64,000 nt of DNA from an uncultured Planctomycetota bacterium (GTDB lineage: Bacteria; Planctomycetota; Planctomycetia; Isosphaerales; Isosphaeraceae): contig CAWGMQ010000008.1 in the NCBI GenBank assembly GCA_963823665.1, positions 1,600,001 to 1,664,000 of the forward strand. The letters are read 5' to 3'. The first letter of the stretch is position 1. Each line of letters opens with the position of its first letter. Positions 63,251 through 64,000 of this stretch are shown here, piece after piece. The translations under genes were made by a program, and so were the position numbers. Under the pieces are notes generated by a model. That model saw only the letters and a list, made by a program, of their open reading frames with translations, made no database searches and was not told the origin of the DNA.

Positions 63251-64000
63251 ACCAGCCGACAGCGCGGCTCGAGTGCCGATTCTGGCGCCGGGGCATACGT
63301 ATGCCACGGTGACGGACAAGATCAGCGCGCTCGTGCTGGTGCGACCGTACAACTGGCGATGGTTCTTGGGCATGGCGATCGGCTTCTTCCTGACGATGGT
63401 CCTGTTCACGTCGCTCACCGTGTTGCTCTTGCGCGGGGTGGGGATCTGGGGAATCGATGTCCCGGTGATGTGGGGTTTTGCGATCGTCAATTTCGTGTGG
63501 TGGATCGGGATCGGCCATGCTGGCACGCTGATCTCGGCGATCCTGCTGTTGCTCAAGCAGGATTGGCGGACGTCGATCAACCGCTTTGCCGAGGCGATGA
63601 CGCTCTTCGCCGTCGCGTGCGCGGGGCTATTCCCACTCTTCCACATGGGGCGGCCCTGGCTTTTTTACTGGTTGACGCCATACCCGAATACGATGGGGCT
63701 CTGGCCGCAGTGGCGCAGCCCGCTCGTATGGGACGTATTCGCCGTCTCCACGTACGCGACGGTTTCGCTCTTATTCTGGTACGTCGGCCTGATTCCCGAT
63801 CTGGCGACGCTCAGGGACCGGGCCAAGAATCGCTGGGCACAATTTATCTACGGATTCCTGGCGATGGGCTGGCGAGGGTCGGCGCGGCACTGGCATCGCT
63901 ACAAGACGGCGTACCTGCTTCTGGCGGGGCTGGCGACACCGCTGGTCGTTTCGGTGCATACCATCGTGGCCTTCGACTTCACGATCGCCATACTGCCAGG
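63231..64000 (+). CDS. actC: Alternative complex III NrfD/PsrC-family membrane subunit (runs off the window)
   Basis: Manual translation MNRSDPEP...TVTDKIS...[25 protein letters not shown]...INRFAEAMT. Confidence 0.92.
   Translation, partial: MNRSDPEPADSAARVPILAPGHTYATVTDKISALVLVRPYNWRWFLGMAIGFFLTMVLFTSLTVLLLRGVGIWGIDVPVMWGFAIVNFVWWIGIGHAGTLISAILLLLKQDWRTSINRFAEAMTLFAVACAGLFPLFHMGRPWLFYWLTPYPNTMGLWPQWRSPLVWDVFAVSTYATVSLLFWYVGLIPDLATLRDRAKNRWAQFIYGFLAMGWRGSARHWHRYKTAYLLLAGLATPLVVSVHTIVAFDFTIAILP

Overview
High-GC bacterial chromosome window, very probably Planctomycetota and Isosphaeraceae-like. This is inferred from DUF1549/1553, DUF1559, DUF1592/1552, DUF1501/1800, a LEPR-XLL signal and giant membrane-anchored ECF sigma factors. 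Housekeeping and metabolic genes: enolase, AMP nucleosidase, a diadenylate cyclase, ExbB/ExbD/ExbD, the start of the alternative complex III operon (actA-actB-actC) and tRNA-Gly(CCC). Accessory content: (i) a three-gene TIGR04255 / small helical protein / HNH islet behind the tRNA; (ii) an intact Hen1-Pnkp RNA repair operon; (iii) a 15 kb tandem array of five paralogous ~940-970 aa ECF sigma factors fused to a TM helix and a large extracytoplasmic region, each preceded by the same bipartite motif GGGAYAM-N17-CAGTAY, whose variants co-vary with the sigma4 subtype; (iv) a decayed Rpn-like nuclease interrupted by a 151-bp MITE (13-bp TIR, 8-bp TSD) and followed by a duplicated, separately translatable C-terminal cassette. 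Many palindromic REP-like elements lie between genes. About 15 apparent frameshifts or substitutions break otherwise conserved genes. About 12 of them sit at GCGC, which suggests methylation-linked long-read errors rather than true pseudogenes. All family assignments come from motif recognition by eye; no searches were run.
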